DNA of 64,000 bases, taken from the NCBI GenBank assembly GCA_944350115.1, contig CALVNZ010000002.1, forward strand, positions 9,939 through 73,938, written 5' to 3'. This DNA comes from an uncultured Clostridia bacterium (lineage in GTDB: Bacteria > Bacillota > Clostridia > Christensenellales > UBA1242). A program made the position numbers and the translations under genes. Of this stretch, positions 46,363 through 57,001 are shown piece by piece (positions within the stretch are counted from its first letter, which is position 1; every line of letters begins with the position of its first letter). The notes beneath the pieces are model-generated. The model did not search any database, was not told the DNA's origin, and was given only the letters and a program-made list of their open reading frames with translations.

Positions 46363-48744
46363 ATGGCAGATGAAATTGTTTTTAAATCATTAGAAGAAGT
46401 TTTGCACGATTCCATGATTCCTTACACAGAACATGTCGTTTTGGATCGTGCATTGCCAAGAGTTGAAGACGGATTGAAACCTGTTCAACGCCGTATTCTT
46501 TACTCTATGTTAGAACTTGGTTTACAACCTGAAAAACCTTATAAGAAATCAGCGAGAATTGTCGGTGAGTGCATGGGTAAATATCACCCTCATGGTGACA
46601 GTTCCGTTTATGACGCAATGGTTCGTTTGAGCCAAGATTTCGTTTTGCGCGCACCACTTGTTGAAGGGCATGGAAACTTTGGTTCTATTGACGGAGACAG
46701 CCCTGCGGCTATGCGTTATACAGAAGCAAAACTTTCGCCACTTGCAATGGAACTTTTGCGTGATCTTGAAAAAGACACAGTCAAATGGAGTTTAAACTTT
46801 GATGACACTTTGCAAGAGCCTGACATGTTGCCAGGAAGATTTCCAAACTTGCTCGTCAACGGGGCATCAGGAATTGCCGTTGGCGTCGCAACAAACATCC
46901 CACCTCATAATTTGGGGGAAGTCATAGATGGCGTTGTAGCATATATTGACAATCCAAAAATAACTCTAGATCAAATGATGCAGATCATTAAAGGACCAGA
47001 CTTCCCAACGGGCGGAGAACTTATTTTTGAAGATGGATTGAGATCTGCTTACGAAACAGGGAAAGGTAAAATTACCATTAGAGCGAAAGTAGGCGTCGAA
47101 ACTAATGGAGATAAAGTGTCACTTGTGATAACAGAACTTCCATATCAAGTCAATAAAGCACAACTTCTTCAAAAAATTGTCGAACTCAAAGAACACAACA
47201 AAGACAAACTCTCATCAATCAGTGAAATTCGTGACGAGTCAGACAAAAATGGCATGAGAGCGATAATTAGGCTCAAAAAAGATGCAAACCCTAAAAAAAT
47301 CCTTGAAATTTTGTTTAAATCAACCAATTTGCAAGTTTCGTATGCTTTTAATATGGTCGCAATCGCTGGTGGCAAACCTCGTCTTATGGGGCTTTTAGAT
47401 ATCATTTCTTATTACACAAACTATCAGCGTGAAGTTATTATTAGAAGAACCAAATTTGATTTGAACGCAGCAAAAGAACGCGCGCATATTGTTGAAGGGC
47501 TTTTAAAAGCGATTGCAAATATTGACGCAGTGATCAAAATAATCAAAACTAGTGCAACTATCACTGATGCAAAAACTAGATTAAAAGCTAAATTTGCTTT
47601 TTCTGAAAAACAGACGCAAGCCATTTTAGATATGCGTCTTGCTAGACTTGTCAACTTGGAAGAAGACAAATTGAAAGCTGAACTCAAAGAATTGCAAGAG
47701 ACCATCGAAAAACTTACCAAAATTTTAAATTCAAAAACAGAACAAAATAATGTCATTAAAAAAGAGATTTTGGAAATTAAAAAAGCTCATTCAAATCCAA
47801 GAAGAAGTCAAATTTGTCGTTCGGCGGATGTTAAAGTCAAAGAAGTGAGTGAAGAAGTTTCCACTGCTCAAAGTTATATTCTTGCATTGACTGCCGCAGG
47901 AACGATAAAAAAAGTTTCAACCAAAAACTACAATATGTCAAACAAGAATTTGATTGATGGCTCGATGCTTTATGATGTTCACACATCTGTTTTAAATTGC
48001 GTTTCGACAGATGTTGTGCTCTTGTTCTCTGAAAGAGGAAATGTGTTAAAAACAACTATTGACAAAATCAAAGAATGCAAGTGGAGAGATAAAGGTTATT
48101 CTTTAAATAATTTAGAGCAATCAGCACATCCAAATGAAAAAGCTATAGCGGTTTTAATCAGTGGCAAAGGCGAAGAAGTTCTGTTCTTCACAAAAGAGGG
48201 CATGGTTAAAAGAACAACGCTTGCGGACACGCTTGTTACAAAACCATTCTATCAAGCTGTAAAAATATATGATGGCGACAGGTTGATTGGCGTTGAATAT
48301 GCTGACAAAAACAAAAATATTTTGATGCTTTCTGAAAAGGGCATGAGTTTGAGTTTTGATTATGGTGAAGTTCCACTTCAAGGCAGGATTTCAGTAGGAG
48401 TCAAAGGAATCAATCTTGACGAAGGTGATAAAGTTGTTTTTGCTGGACTTATTCAAAATTCTGATGTGGTTATTACGACAACAGAAGCTGGATATTTAAA
48501 AAAGATTGAATGTTCGGAATTTGCTTTGGGATCAAGATATAGAAAAGGATTAAAATATTTTAATCTCAAATCAAATGATTTTGTTTGCTTTGCTTGCCTA
48601 AACTCAAAATCGAATGTTATCGCTGTTGATTTTGGTTTGAAACTTTTGCCACTCGACACAAAGAAATTTAAACCACAAGGCAGACTAACAAGCGGTGATG
48701 AAATCATCAAGAAAAAGTTTTTAGGGGTTTATCCTTATTGTTAA
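46363..48744 (+). CDS. Type IIA DNA topoisomerase subunit A (GyrA/ParC family; no GyrA-box seen)
   Basis: [19 protein letters not shown] active-site Tyr context, and a beta-pinwheel CTD. The Q(R/K)RGG(R/K)G GyrA-box was not found. Confidence 0.93.
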   Translation: MADEIVFKSLEEVLHDSMIPYTEHVVLDRALPRVEDGLKPVQRRILYSMLELGLQPEKPYKKSARIVGECMGKYHPHGDSSVYDAMVRLSQDFVLRAPLVEGHGNFGSIDGDSPAAMRYTEAKLSPLAMELLRDLEKDTVKWSLNFDDTLQEPDMLPGRFPNLLVNGASGIAVGVATNIPPHNLGEVIDGVVAYIDNPKITLDQMMQIIKGPDFPTGGELIFEDGLRSAYETGKGKITIRAKVGVETNGDKVSLVITELPYQVNKAQLLQKIVELKEHNKDKLSSISEIRDESDKNGMRAIIRLKKDANPKKILEILFKSTNLQVSYAFNMVAIAGGKPRLMGLLDIISYYTNYQREVIIRRTKFDLNAAKERAHIVEGLLKAIANIDAVIKIIKTSATITDAKTRLKAKFAFSEKQTQAILDMRLARLVNLEEDKLKAELKELQETIEKLTKILNSKTEQNNVIKKEILEIKKAHSNPRRSQICRSADVKVKEVSEEVSTAQSYILALTAAGTIKKVSTKNYNMSNKNLIDGSMLYDVHTSVLNCVSTDVVLLFSERGNVLKTTIDKIKECKWRDKGYSLNNLEQSAHPNEKAIAVLISGKGEEVLFFTKEGMVKRTTLADTLVTKPFYQAVKIYDGDRLIGVEYADKNKNILMLSEKGMSLSFDYGEVPLQGRISVGVKGINLDEGDKVVFAGLIQNSDVVITTTEAGYLKKIECSEFALGSRYRKGLKYFNLKSNDFVCFACLNSKSNVIAVDFGLKLLPLDTKKFKPQGRLTSGDEIIKKKFLGVYPYC

Positions 48745-48750
48745 AACTAA

Positions 48751-48777
48751 ATCGCATCGAAAGATGCGGTTTTTTTT
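48751..48777 (+). terminator. Rho-independent terminator
   Basis: Stem atcgcatc pairs with gatgcggt, with a gaaa loop and a T8 run. Confidence 0.75.
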
Positions 48778-48913
48778 GCATATTTTTTTTAGGTCGCTCG
48801 TAAAGTATGATTGAACAAATCTTTCGACAACACTCAACAGTTTTAGACAGGTTCTTCACTTTTGGTGTTTTGAAAAAAGATTTAATTAATTTATCATATA
48901 AAGCGAGGTTTGT

Positions 48914-49687
48914 ATGCGCAGTTTTTTTGTAGTCAAATCTAGAACAATTAAAATCGTTATTGCCATGTTGATCGTTGTCATTTTGCTTACTGTTTCGTTT
49001 GGAGGAGTTCAACTTGCAGAAGTCTTTTTTGGTTACTCCACTCGTAAAGTGCCTGTTTACTGTGTTGATACACAAAATAAGCAGGTTGCAATTTCGTTTG
49101 ATGCCGCTTGGGGTGCGGATAAAACCGATGGGATTTTGGAAATTTTGAAAGAGTATAATGTTTCCGCAACTTTTTTCCTTGTAGGATTTTGGGTAGACGA
49201 ATATGAGGAAGAAGTCAAAAAAATCAGCGATGCGGGGATTGAGATAGGGACTCATTCAGAAAGTCATCCAGACATGGCAAAACTAGATGCCGAAACAATC
49301 AAAACTGAACTTACAACTTCAATTGAAAAAATAGAAAAGATAACCAATAAAAAGGTTGAGCTTTTTAGAGCACCTTTTGGATCTTACAACAACACTCTTC
49401 TTGAACAAGCAGAAGATCTTGGACTTATTACAATTCAATGGGATGTTGACACATTAGATTGGAAAGGACTTTCAGCACAAGATATGTGCTCGCGTGTTTT
49501 AGATAAAGTTAAAAACGGCTCAATCATTCTCATGCACAATAATTCAGACAATATTTTAGACGGTTTAAGAATGATTTTAGATAGGCTTACTATGCAAGGA
49601 TATGAAATCACAAGCGTGGGAGAACTTGTCTACAAAGATAATTTTGAAATTGACCGAAATGGAGTGCAACACAAAATTAGCGATTAA
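48914..49687 (+). CDS. Polysaccharide deacetylase (NodB domain), PdaB-like sporulation type
   Basis: N-terminal TM helix. NodB motifs FDAAWG, ATFFLVG and GTHSESHPD. About 257 aa, as for PdaB-type proteins. Confidence 0.85.
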   Translation: MRSFFVVKSRTIKIVIAMLIVVILLTVSFGGVQLAEVFFGYSTRKVPVYCVDTQNKQVAISFDAAWGADKTDGILEILKEYNVSATFFLVGFWVDEYEEEVKKISDAGIEIGTHSESHPDMAKLDAETIKTELTTSIEKIEKITNKKVELFRAPFGSYNNTLLEQAEDLGLITIQWDVDTLDWKGLSAQDMCSRVLDKVKNGSIILMHNNSDNILDGLRMILDRLTMQGYEITSVGELVYKDNFEIDRNGVQHKISD

Positions 49688-49752
49688 AATTGTCATTGAT
49701 TTTTAACGCATGGGTTTTTATTGCAAAAAAATCAAAAAAAGGAGAAAAGATT

Positions 49753-50445
49753 ATGGAACACCTAAGAAAGAACGAAGTTGTCCTTTCAGGAAGGATTGCC
49801 ACTAGTCCAACATTTAGTCATGAAGTTGCGGGTGGCGAAAAATTTTATGAATTTATTTTAGATGTAAGACGCTTGTCAGGAACCGTTGACAGTTTGCCAA
49901 TTACAATTAGTGAAAGACTTATGCAAAGTGTGAATTTCACAGATTTTAGTGTTGGCGATATGATTAAATTAAGTGGAGATTTTAGATCATACAATAAAGA
50001 TGTTGAAGGGAAAAGCAAGCTTATATTGTCAGTTTTTTGCAAATTGGTTGAGCCAAAAACAGAAGAAATTGACATAAACCAAATTGATTTAACAGGATAT
50101 GTTTGCAAGTCACCAGAATTTAGGACGACACCACTCAAAAGGCAGATTAAAGATTTGCTTCTTGCAGTGAACAGGCTGAACAAAAAAAGCGACTATATTC
50201 CGATCATTATTTGGGGGAGAAATGCAACTGTCGCAAAAGACTATAAAGTGGGCGATTGCGTCAGCATAAAGGGAAGAATTCAATCTCGCAAATATAACAA
50301 ATTGATTGGTAATGATTTGGAAGAAAGAACAGCTTATGAAGTCAGCGTTCAAGAAGTTTATGATTACATTCCAAAAATTGAAAAACATTTGATTTTTGAC
50401 GAAGAAAAGGCTTATTCCTCTCCATTTAACATTGCAAGAGGATAA
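49753..50445 (+). CDS. Tandem OB-fold, SSB-like protein (hypothetical)
   Basis: Two repeats share the same pattern (NEVVLSGRIATSPTFSHE...FYEFILDVRR and IDLTGYVCKSPEFRTTP...LLLAVNR...IPIIIWG), resembling SSB/PriB-type OB folds. AAGGAG RBS. Confidence 0.5.
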   Translation: MEHLRKNEVVLSGRIATSPTFSHEVAGGEKFYEFILDVRRLSGTVDSLPITISERLMQSVNFTDFSVGDMIKLSGDFRSYNKDVEGKSKLILSVFCKLVEPKTEEIDINQIDLTGYVCKSPEFRTTPLKRQIKDLLLAVNRLNKKSDYIPIIIWGRNATVAKDYKVGDCVSIKGRIQSRKYNKLIGNDLEERTAYEVSVQEVYDYIPKIEKHLIFDEEKAYSSPFNIARG

Positions 50446-50472
50446 AAAAAACCGTTTTTAACGGTTTTTTTT
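50444..50472. terminator. Bidirectional terminator
   Basis: accgt-tttta-acggt hairpin flanked by A8 and T8 runs. Confidence 0.7.
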
Positions 50473-50474
50473 AA

Positions 50475-51980
50475 TTATTTTACAAGTGGGGGAAACATTG
50501 TTTGTGGTATCTCTAAATTTAATAGCTTTAACACGGTTGGAGCAACATTTGCAATAGATGCATTTTTGATTTTTTTCAGTTTTCTAATTTTGTTTGACAC
50601 CAAAATAAATGGCACCTTATTTGTTGTGTGTGAAGCGACGGGAGCGCCAAAGCGATCATACATCACTTCTGCGTTTCCATGGTCAGCCGTTATTATGCAT
50701 TCACCACCAGCCATTAATGTTGCAAGAGCAATGGCGTAAGCTTGCTTGTCAACACATTCAGCGGCTTCTTTTGCAGAATTAAAATTGCCTGTGTGTCCAA
50801 GCATGTCTGTGTTTGAATAGTTTATTAAGATAAAATCATAATTTTTTGATGCTATCGCTTCAATCGCGTCAGTTGTGATTTCCAACGCTTTCATTTTTGG
50901 ATATGGGCTAAAATCAGTTGTTTCTATGCTTTCAATCAATTTTCTATCTTCATTTTTGTAAGGTTTTTCGATTGTTCCGTTAAAAAAGAAAGTCACATGG
51001 GCATATTTTGTGGTTTCAGCGATATGAAATTGTTTTAACCCCGCTTGAGAAATGATTGCAGAAAGATTGTCTTCAACTTTTTCAACAGGGAAGATCACAT
51101 GAACATTTTTTAATTTGACATCGTATTCTTCCATCGATGCAAAGTAAAGATTTTTAAACTTTTTAGTTTTAAATTCCTTAAATTCTGGATCAGTGAACGC
51201 AAAAGATAATTCCTTTGCTCTGTCAGAGCGGAAATTGTAAAAAATGACGGAATCGTTTTCTTTTATAAGTCCATTTTTATCTATTAAAACGGGTTCAATA
51301 AATTCGTCTGTTTTGCCGTCGTGGTAACTGTCTGTGACCGCTTCAACAGGGTTAGTTTTGACTTCACCTTTTCCTGACACTAAAAGATCGTAGGCTTTTT
51401 TTAATCGGTCATATCTTTTTTCGCGATCCATTGCATAAATTCTGCCACAAATGGTGGCTATTTTTGCGTTTGAGCCTTCAACAAATTCAAGCAAATCTTC
51501 AACAAAAAATTGACCATAGGTTGGTTTTGTGTCTCTTCCATCTGTGATGATGTGAATATAAACTTTGCTTAAATCATATTCTTTTGCCATGGATAAAAGT
51601 GCCTGTAAATGCGAAATATGGGAATGCACGCCACCATCTGAAAGCAGTCCAAGAAGATGTAGGGAAGAATTATTCTTTTTTGCGTGCTCCATTGCTTCTT
51701 TTAAAACAGGCATAGAAAAAAATGATCCATCATCTATTGCCTGATTTATTTTTTCTAAATTTTGCAAAATCACTCTGCCAGCGCCCAATGTTAAATGACC
51801 AACTTCCGAATTGCCCATTTGACCTGCTGGCAAACCAACCGCATTTCCACTTGCTAAAAGTTTCGTGTGTGGATATTTTTTTAAAAGTTTTTTTAAGTTT
51901 GGCGTTCCGCAAGCTTTTATAGCATTGCCAAACCTTGATTTATTACAACCAAAACCGTCTAAAACGACCAATGTGACCAT
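50475..51980 (-). CDS. gpmI: 2,3-bisphosphoglycerate-independent phosphoglycerate mutase
   Basis: LVVLDGFG, GNSEVGHLTLGAGR, DGGVHSH and ITADHGN motifs. Confidence 0.95.
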   Translation of the reverse strand: MVTLVVLDGFGCNKSRFGNAIKACGTPNLKKLLKKYPHTKLLASGNAVGLPAGQMGNSEVGHLTLGAGRVILQNLEKINQAIDDGSFFSMPVLKEAMEHAKKNNSSLHLLGLLSDGGVHSHISHLQALLSMAKEYDLSKVYIHIITDGRDTKPTYGQFFVEDLLEFVEGSNAKIATICGRIYAMDREKRYDRLKKAYDLLVSGKGEVKTNPVEAVTDSYHDGKTDEFIEPVLIDKNGLIKENDSVIFYNFRSDRAKELSFAFTDPEFKEFKTKKFKNLYFASMEEYDVKLKNVHVIFPVEKVEDNLSAIISQAGLKQFHIAETTKYAHVTFFFNGTIEKPYKNEDRKLIESIETTDFSPYPKMKALEITTDAIEAIASKNYDFILINYSNTDMLGHTGNFNSAKEAAECVDKQAYAIALATLMAGGECIITADHGNAEVMYDRFGAPVASHTTNKVPFILVSNKIRKLKKIKNASIANVAPTVLKLLNLEIPQTMFPPLVK

Positions 51981-52039
51981 TTCTCACCTCATAAAGTGAG
52001 TGTAACATTAAAATGCTTTAAAAGTCAAATGATTGACTG

Positions 52040-52483
52040 TCATCTCTTGTCGAAGTGTTCGTCAAAAAGGCTGTTGCGATTATCGTTGTTTTGAATAGAA
52101 CGATCAAAATCAAAATTATCGTCATTTTCGCTTGTTTTTTCATGATAACCACTTTCTCGCAATCTCTCTTTTTGTTTTTCTTCATCTTTATTATGACGAG
52201 AACGCTTTTCTTCGCTTGCATCAATATTTGCATTTGCTAGTGCCATTTTTTCTTTTTTAGCTTTTAATTTTTTAAAACCCCAAATATGAATTGAGCCTTT
52301 GTCGAGAAATAATTTTACAACCAAAAACACCGCGCTTGCACCAACAATTATGTAAATCAGTCGTGAAAAAACACTGCCTTGATATCCAAATATTCCTGCA
52401 ACAAAATCATATTGTAACAGCCCAATTAAAAGCCAATTTATGCAACCTGCAATAGTTAATGCGAAGGCAATAAAAGTCAGCAT
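52040..52483 (-). CDS. DUF378-family membrane protein with long charged C-terminal extension
   Basis: The N-terminal roughly 65 aa (IAGCINWLLIGLLQYDFVAGIFG) match the DUF378 two-TM pattern. They are followed by about 80 aa of K/E/D/N-rich tail. Confidence 0.7.
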   Translation of the reverse strand: MLTFIAFALTIAGCINWLLIGLLQYDFVAGIFGYQGSVFSRLIYIIVGASAVFLVVKLFLDKGSIHIWGFKKLKAKKEKMALANANIDASEEKRSRHNKDEEKQKERLRESGYHEKTSENDDNFDFDRSIQNNDNRNSLFDEHFDKR

Positions 52484-52610
52484 AATTTTTTCATCCTCCT
52501 TTTTTTAAATAGTATGAGTTAAAATTAAAACAAAAATTCTTTGTTTTTGATTGACTTTTTTTTGAATTAAGCATATAATACCATTATTGTTGACTTGGAG
52601 GTGATTGACA

Positions 52611-53081
52611 ATGGCTGAAAAATATTTGACACCAGAAGGAGAAAAACAACTTAGAGAAAAACTTGAATACTTGAAGACTGTTAAAAGACCAGAAGTTGTT
52701 AAAAAAATAGGAATCGCTCGTGAATATGGTGACTTGTCAGAAAATGCTGAATATGATGCTGCAAAAGACGAACAAGCGCTTTTAGAAATTCAAATAGCAG
52801 AAATTGAAGATACTTTGCTCAATGCTGTTATCATCAAAAAAAGCAATATCGACACATCAAAAGTAAGTATTGGAACAAAAGTCAAACTTTATGATCTTGA
52901 ATTTGACGAAGAAGTTGAATATAAAATTATTGGTTCTGATGAAAGTGATCCAAAAAATGGGATCATAAGCAATCTTTCACCAGTTGGGTCTGCTTTGCTT
53001 GGGCACAAAGTTGGTGAAACTGTTGATGTTTCAACTCCTAATGGCGAAGTTAAATATAAAATTTTGGCAATCACGGTTTAA
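52611..53081 (+). CDS. greA: Transcription elongation factor GreA
   Basis: LTPEGEKQLREKLEYLKTVKRPEV...AREYGDLSENAEYDAAK. A TTGACT-17-TATAAT promoter lies upstream. Confidence 0.95.
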   Translation: MAEKYLTPEGEKQLREKLEYLKTVKRPEVVKKIGIAREYGDLSENAEYDAAKDEQALLEIQIAEIEDTLLNAVIIKKSNIDTSKVSIGTKVKLYDLEFDEEVEYKIIGSDESDPKNGIISNLSPVGSALLGHKVGETVDVSTPNGEVKYKILAITV

Positions 53082-53167
53082 TAAATTAATTTGTTTTATT
53101 AAGTGATTTTTGTTGCGTTTAAAATCTTATTTTGTTATACTTAAATATACAAAATAGGGTTGAGGTT

Positions 53168-54094
53168 ATGACATTTAAAAATTATTTAAAACTTGCATTT
53201 GCAAATTTTGATAAAACGTGGAAGCTTGTCCTTTATCGCGTTGTCGTTTGGATTTTAGTTATAGGGCTCATTGCTCCTTGTTATAATGTGTTTAAAACAA
53301 TTTTAACTGACATGTGGAACAACGAACTTTTTGAGGCGTTTGCAGGGGCAGGACTTTTTTATGGTGTCATTACAACGCCTGTTCTCGCGTCTGCGTGGAT
53401 TTATTGTTATACTTTTGTGACAACTCTTTTCACTTCTTACACTGGGATTGCCATTTACATCGTTATTGTTTTGTTTGTGATTCGTCCTGTTTTGATGAAC
53501 ATGGGAAGATATGTCATTGATGAAATGATGTATGGTTTCATGTCCAGCTATGCAAAACTTGGTTTCTGTTCAACATTTATAAGAACATTAAAAAAATCAA
53601 TTCCTTATGGTTTTTTCAGAATGCTTTATTGTTTGCCGTTTAATTTCGCAGTTCTTGCTTTGTCTTATGCTTTCTTGTTTGCACAAACAGAAGCGCTTGT
53701 TTATGCAATGCCATTTATATTCCTTGTTGGTGCAACTTTGATTATGACAATAAAACAAGTGTTTATTCTTGGTTGGGCACCGGCGATGGTTGTTTATGGA
53801 GAAAATGTTTTTAAATCATTTAATTTGGGAATAAAAGCAGTATCAAGAAGTTTTAAAAAAGCGTTTTTGTTTGCTTTTTCAACTTATTTTGCAACCATAT
53901 TATTTGTTCTAGGGTTTGGACCTTTCAGTTTGGTGATTTTGGTGCCACTTTATGAGGTCGTTTCTTCCATGTTTGAAACAATGTTTTTCTTTGCTTGTCA
54001 AGGCATGCGTTATTATATCGACAAAGACAAAGTCTTGTCTTCAAAAAAACTTGAAGAACAAGACACTATGGCAAACGCAAAATTTTTATTGTAA
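53168..54094 (+). CDS. Hypothetical polytopic membrane protein
   Basis: About 7 TM helices. No family recognised. Confidence 0.55.
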   Translation: MTFKNYLKLAFANFDKTWKLVLYRVVVWILVIGLIAPCYNVFKTILTDMWNNELFEAFAGAGLFYGVITTPVLASAWIYCYTFVTTLFTSYTGIAIYIVIVLFVIRPVLMNMGRYVIDEMMYGFMSSYAKLGFCSTFIRTLKKSIPYGFFRMLYCLPFNFAVLALSYAFLFAQTEALVYAMPFIFLVGATLIMTIKQVFILGWAPAMVVYGENVFKSFNLGIKAVSRSFKKAFLFAFSTYFATILFVLGFGPFSLVILVPLYEVVSSMFETMFFFACQGMRYYIDKDKVLSSKKLEEQDTMANAKFLL

Positions 54095-54160
54095 TTTTTA
54101 ATTTGGTGTTTAAGCCTTTTAGGCTTTTAATTTGATATTTAATTTTTTAAAAGGAGTAAA

Positions 54161-55816
54161 ATGACTAATAAAGTTAAAATCACCTTTCTTGGCGGTGTGG
54201 GTGAAATTGGTAAAAATATGACCGCTATTGAGTATGACAACGAAATTATTGTCATTGACGCAGGATTAACTTTCCCAGATGAAGATTTGCCTGGGATTGA
54301 TATTGTTATTCCTGACATAACTTATTTAACAACAAACAAGGACAAAGTTAAAGCCATAATTTTAACGCACGGGCACGAAGATCACATTGGGGCGTTGCCT
54401 TTTGTTTTAAATCAAATTAATGTGCCTATTTATGGTTCGCGTTTGACATTGGCGCTTGTTGAAAACAAGATGAAAGAATTTCCAAACGTCAAGTACAAAG
54501 CTATTTCGGTCAAACCTAAAAATGTTTTAAAATTAGGATCTTTTGTTATTGAATTTGTTAAAGTCAGCCATTCAATTGCTGGCTCGCTTGCCTTGTGCAT
54601 AACCACTCCTGTTGGCAATATATTCCACACAGGTGACTTTAAAATTGATTTTGAGCCTATTGACGGAGAAATGACGGATTTGGTTAGAATGGGTGAACTT
54701 GGCAAAAGGGGAATCAAACTTTTGCTTTGTGAAAGCACAAACGTGTGCAGAAAAGGTTATTCTATGAGTGAGCGTTCAGTTGGGCGCACGCTTGATTCAA
54801 TTTTCGAAAAGAACACTGAAAGACGACTTTTTGTCGCAACCTTTGCTTCAAATATTCACAGAATGCAACAAATTTTGGATCTAGCTGAAAAATATAAAAG
54901 AAAGGTTGCTTTCACTGGTCGAAGCATGATCAATGTCAGTGAAGTTGCTTCGAAAGTGGGAGAATTGAGATATAATCGCGATATTATTGTCGATATTGAC
55001 AAAATAGATAAATATGAAGACAAAGAACTTCTCATTGTGACAACAGGAAGCCAAGGCGAGCCAATGAGCGCATTGACGCGTATGGCGGCAGGGGAATTTA
55101 AAAAGATAAAACTTGGCGAAAACGATCTTATCATCTTTTCTGCTTCACCTATTCCTGGTAATGAAAAATCGGTTTATAATGTTATTAATGCCCTTTACAA
55201 ACTTGGCGCTGATGTCATTTATGATGAACTTGCTGATGTCCACGCATCTGGACACGCTTGTCAAGAAGAACTCAAAACTGTTCATTCACTTTTAAGGCCA
55301 AATTTCTTTATTCCTGTGCATGGTGAATACCGTCACATGAAGATGCACGCTCTTCTTGCCAAGAGGCTTGGATTGGAAGATAGAAACATAATTTTGCCAT
55401 CACTTGGAATGCAGGTTGAACTTTCAAACAATTCAATCAAACAATCTGGTTTTGTCACAGCAGGGCAAAGATTGGTTGACGGCATTGGCATCGGAGACAT
55501 GGACAGCAATGTGCTTAAAGAAAGAAAACAACTTTCGGAAGAAGGTTTGTGCGTTGTTGTTGTCAACATCAATAATGTCTCTGGTGAAGTGGCAAGTGAA
55601 CCTTTTATTATCACGAGAGGGGTGGTTTATCAAGACGAAGCCGAAGCTTTTGTCCAAGATGCGAAAGCCGCAATCATTGCTTCTTTAAAAGAACAAGATT
55701 TGCGTGGGGTTGAACCTGCTGTCATTAAAAACACAATAAGAAGAAACATCTCAAACTTTATTTTTAAAAGAACCAAAAGAAGACCGATGATTTTGACGAT
55801 TGTGACATTAGATTAA
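54161..55816 (+). CDS. rnj: Ribonuclease J
   Basis: Metallo-beta-lactamase motif HGHEDHIGALP, a beta-CASP region, ASGHA, and a C-terminal domain. About 551 aa. Confidence 0.95.
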   Translation: MTNKVKITFLGGVGEIGKNMTAIEYDNEIIVIDAGLTFPDEDLPGIDIVIPDITYLTTNKDKVKAIILTHGHEDHIGALPFVLNQINVPIYGSRLTLALVENKMKEFPNVKYKAISVKPKNVLKLGSFVIEFVKVSHSIAGSLALCITTPVGNIFHTGDFKIDFEPIDGEMTDLVRMGELGKRGIKLLLCESTNVCRKGYSMSERSVGRTLDSIFEKNTERRLFVATFASNIHRMQQILDLAEKYKRKVAFTGRSMINVSEVASKVGELRYNRDIIVDIDKIDKYEDKELLIVTTGSQGEPMSALTRMAAGEFKKIKLGENDLIIFSASPIPGNEKSVYNVINALYKLGADVIYDELADVHASGHACQEELKTVHSLLRPNFFIPVHGEYRHMKMHALLAKRLGLEDRNIILPSLGMQVELSNNSIKQSGFVTAGQRLVDGIGIGDMDSNVLKERKQLSEEGLCVVVVNINNVSGEVASEPFIITRGVVYQDEAEAFVQDAKAAIIASLKEQDLRGVEPAVIKNTIRRNISNFIFKRTKRRPMILTIVTLD

Positions 55817-55817
55817 A

Positions 55818-56411
55818 ATGAAAACACTTTTTGAGTTAAAAAAATATGCAAAATTAAATAAAATTCCAATTATTAGACCGCAAAGTCAAAAGATTTTGCG
55901 GGATTTATGTTTGCAAAAAAGACCTCATAAAATTCTTGAAATTGGCACTGCGATCGGTTTTTCTGGCGCAGTTATGCTTTCTGCTTGTCCAAAAGCAAAG
56001 TTATTGACAATTGAAAAAGATGAAAACTTGGTTCAAATTGCCAAACAGACTTTTCAAGATAGAAAAATTGAAAAAAAAGTTGAAATTTTCTGTGACGATG
56101 CGTTTGAAGTTTTAAATGATTTAAGAAAAGACAAATCAAAATTTGATTTTATATTTTTAGATGGGCCAAAAGGGCAATATTTTAAATATCTTCCAATTTT
56201 AAAAGACCTTTTAAATAAAAATGGTTGTTTGCTTGCAGATGATATTTTTTTTCATGGTTATGTTTTAAAAGAAGGTGATCCTGGGCATAAACATAGGACA
56301 ATTGTTGCAAGTTTACGAGCATTTATTAGTGACTTAGATAATGACAAAAATTTTAAAACGCAATTTTTAAAAGTAGAAGATGGATTGCTAGTGTGCGACA
56401 AGTTAAATTAA
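55818..56411 (+). CDS. Class I SAM-dependent O-methyltransferase (YrrM/TrmR-like)
   Basis: ILEIGTAIGFS SAM motif, FIFLDGPK, and the family-3 O-MTase layout. Confidence 0.8.
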   Translation: MKTLFELKKYAKLNKIPIIRPQSQKILRDLCLQKRPHKILEIGTAIGFSGAVMLSACPKAKLLTIEKDENLVQIAKQTFQDRKIEKKVEIFCDDAFEVLNDLRKDKSKFDFIFLDGPKGQYFKYLPILKDLLNKNGCLLADDIFFHGYVLKEGDPGHKHRTIVASLRAFISDLDNDKNFKTQFLKVEDGLLVCDKLN

Positions 56412-56446
56412 TTGTATTTTTTTGTATAATTTGGTAGAATAAACTT

Positions 56447-57001
56447 ATGCAATTTGAACTTGACATTATCAAAGCATTGCAATCAGGGGCATCTGATGGC
56501 GTGACAATATTTTTTGAAATCATATCTTTACTTGGGAGTTGGTATGGTTTTATCATCTTGTTGTTTGTGTTTTTCTTTTTTGCCAAAAAATTTGCTCTTT
56601 GTTTTGGTGTGACCTTTTTGGGAGGCATAACATTCAATTACATTTTAAAACTTTTAATTGACAGACCAAGGCCTTTTGAAATAAGCTCTGAAATTCTTGC
56701 TTTGACTGATGCAATGGGAAGAAGCATGCCAAGCAATCATGCTTTTTGTGCAACAGTTCTTACAATTTTCTTATGTTATTTCATTTTGCTTTTCACGCAA
56801 AAGAAATGGGTGAAAGGATTGGTTATTTCGTGTGGAACTGTTTTTGTTTTACTTGTTGGACTTTCAAGAATGTATTTAGGCGTTCATTATTTGACAGATA
56901 TTGTTGCAGGTGTTATGATTGGCGTGTGTGTTTCATTTATTGGGATCATGTTATATCAAAGATGGGTGAGGAAAAGTTTTTATGGAAACAACATCAAATA
57001 A
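56447..57001 (+). CDS. PAP2-family phosphatase (undecaprenyl-diphosphatase-like)
   Basis: KLLIDRPRP, PSNHA and SRMYLGVHYLTD, the three PAP2 motifs. Confidence 0.87.
   Translation: MQFELDIIKALQSGASDGVTIFFEIISLLGSWYGFIILLFVFFFFAKKFALCFGVTFLGGITFNYILKLLIDRPRPFEISSEILALTDAMGRSMPSNHAFCATVLTIFLCYFILLFTQKKWVKGLVISCGTVFVLLVGLSRMYLGVHYLTDIVAGVMIGVCVSFIGIMLYQRWVRKSFYGNNIK

Noticed and set aside
48707-49255. 182-aa minus-strand ORF
   Set aside because: It overlaps the well-supported NodB deacetylase gene on the plus strand and the parC/gyrA terminator. It has low-complexity composition and no RBS.
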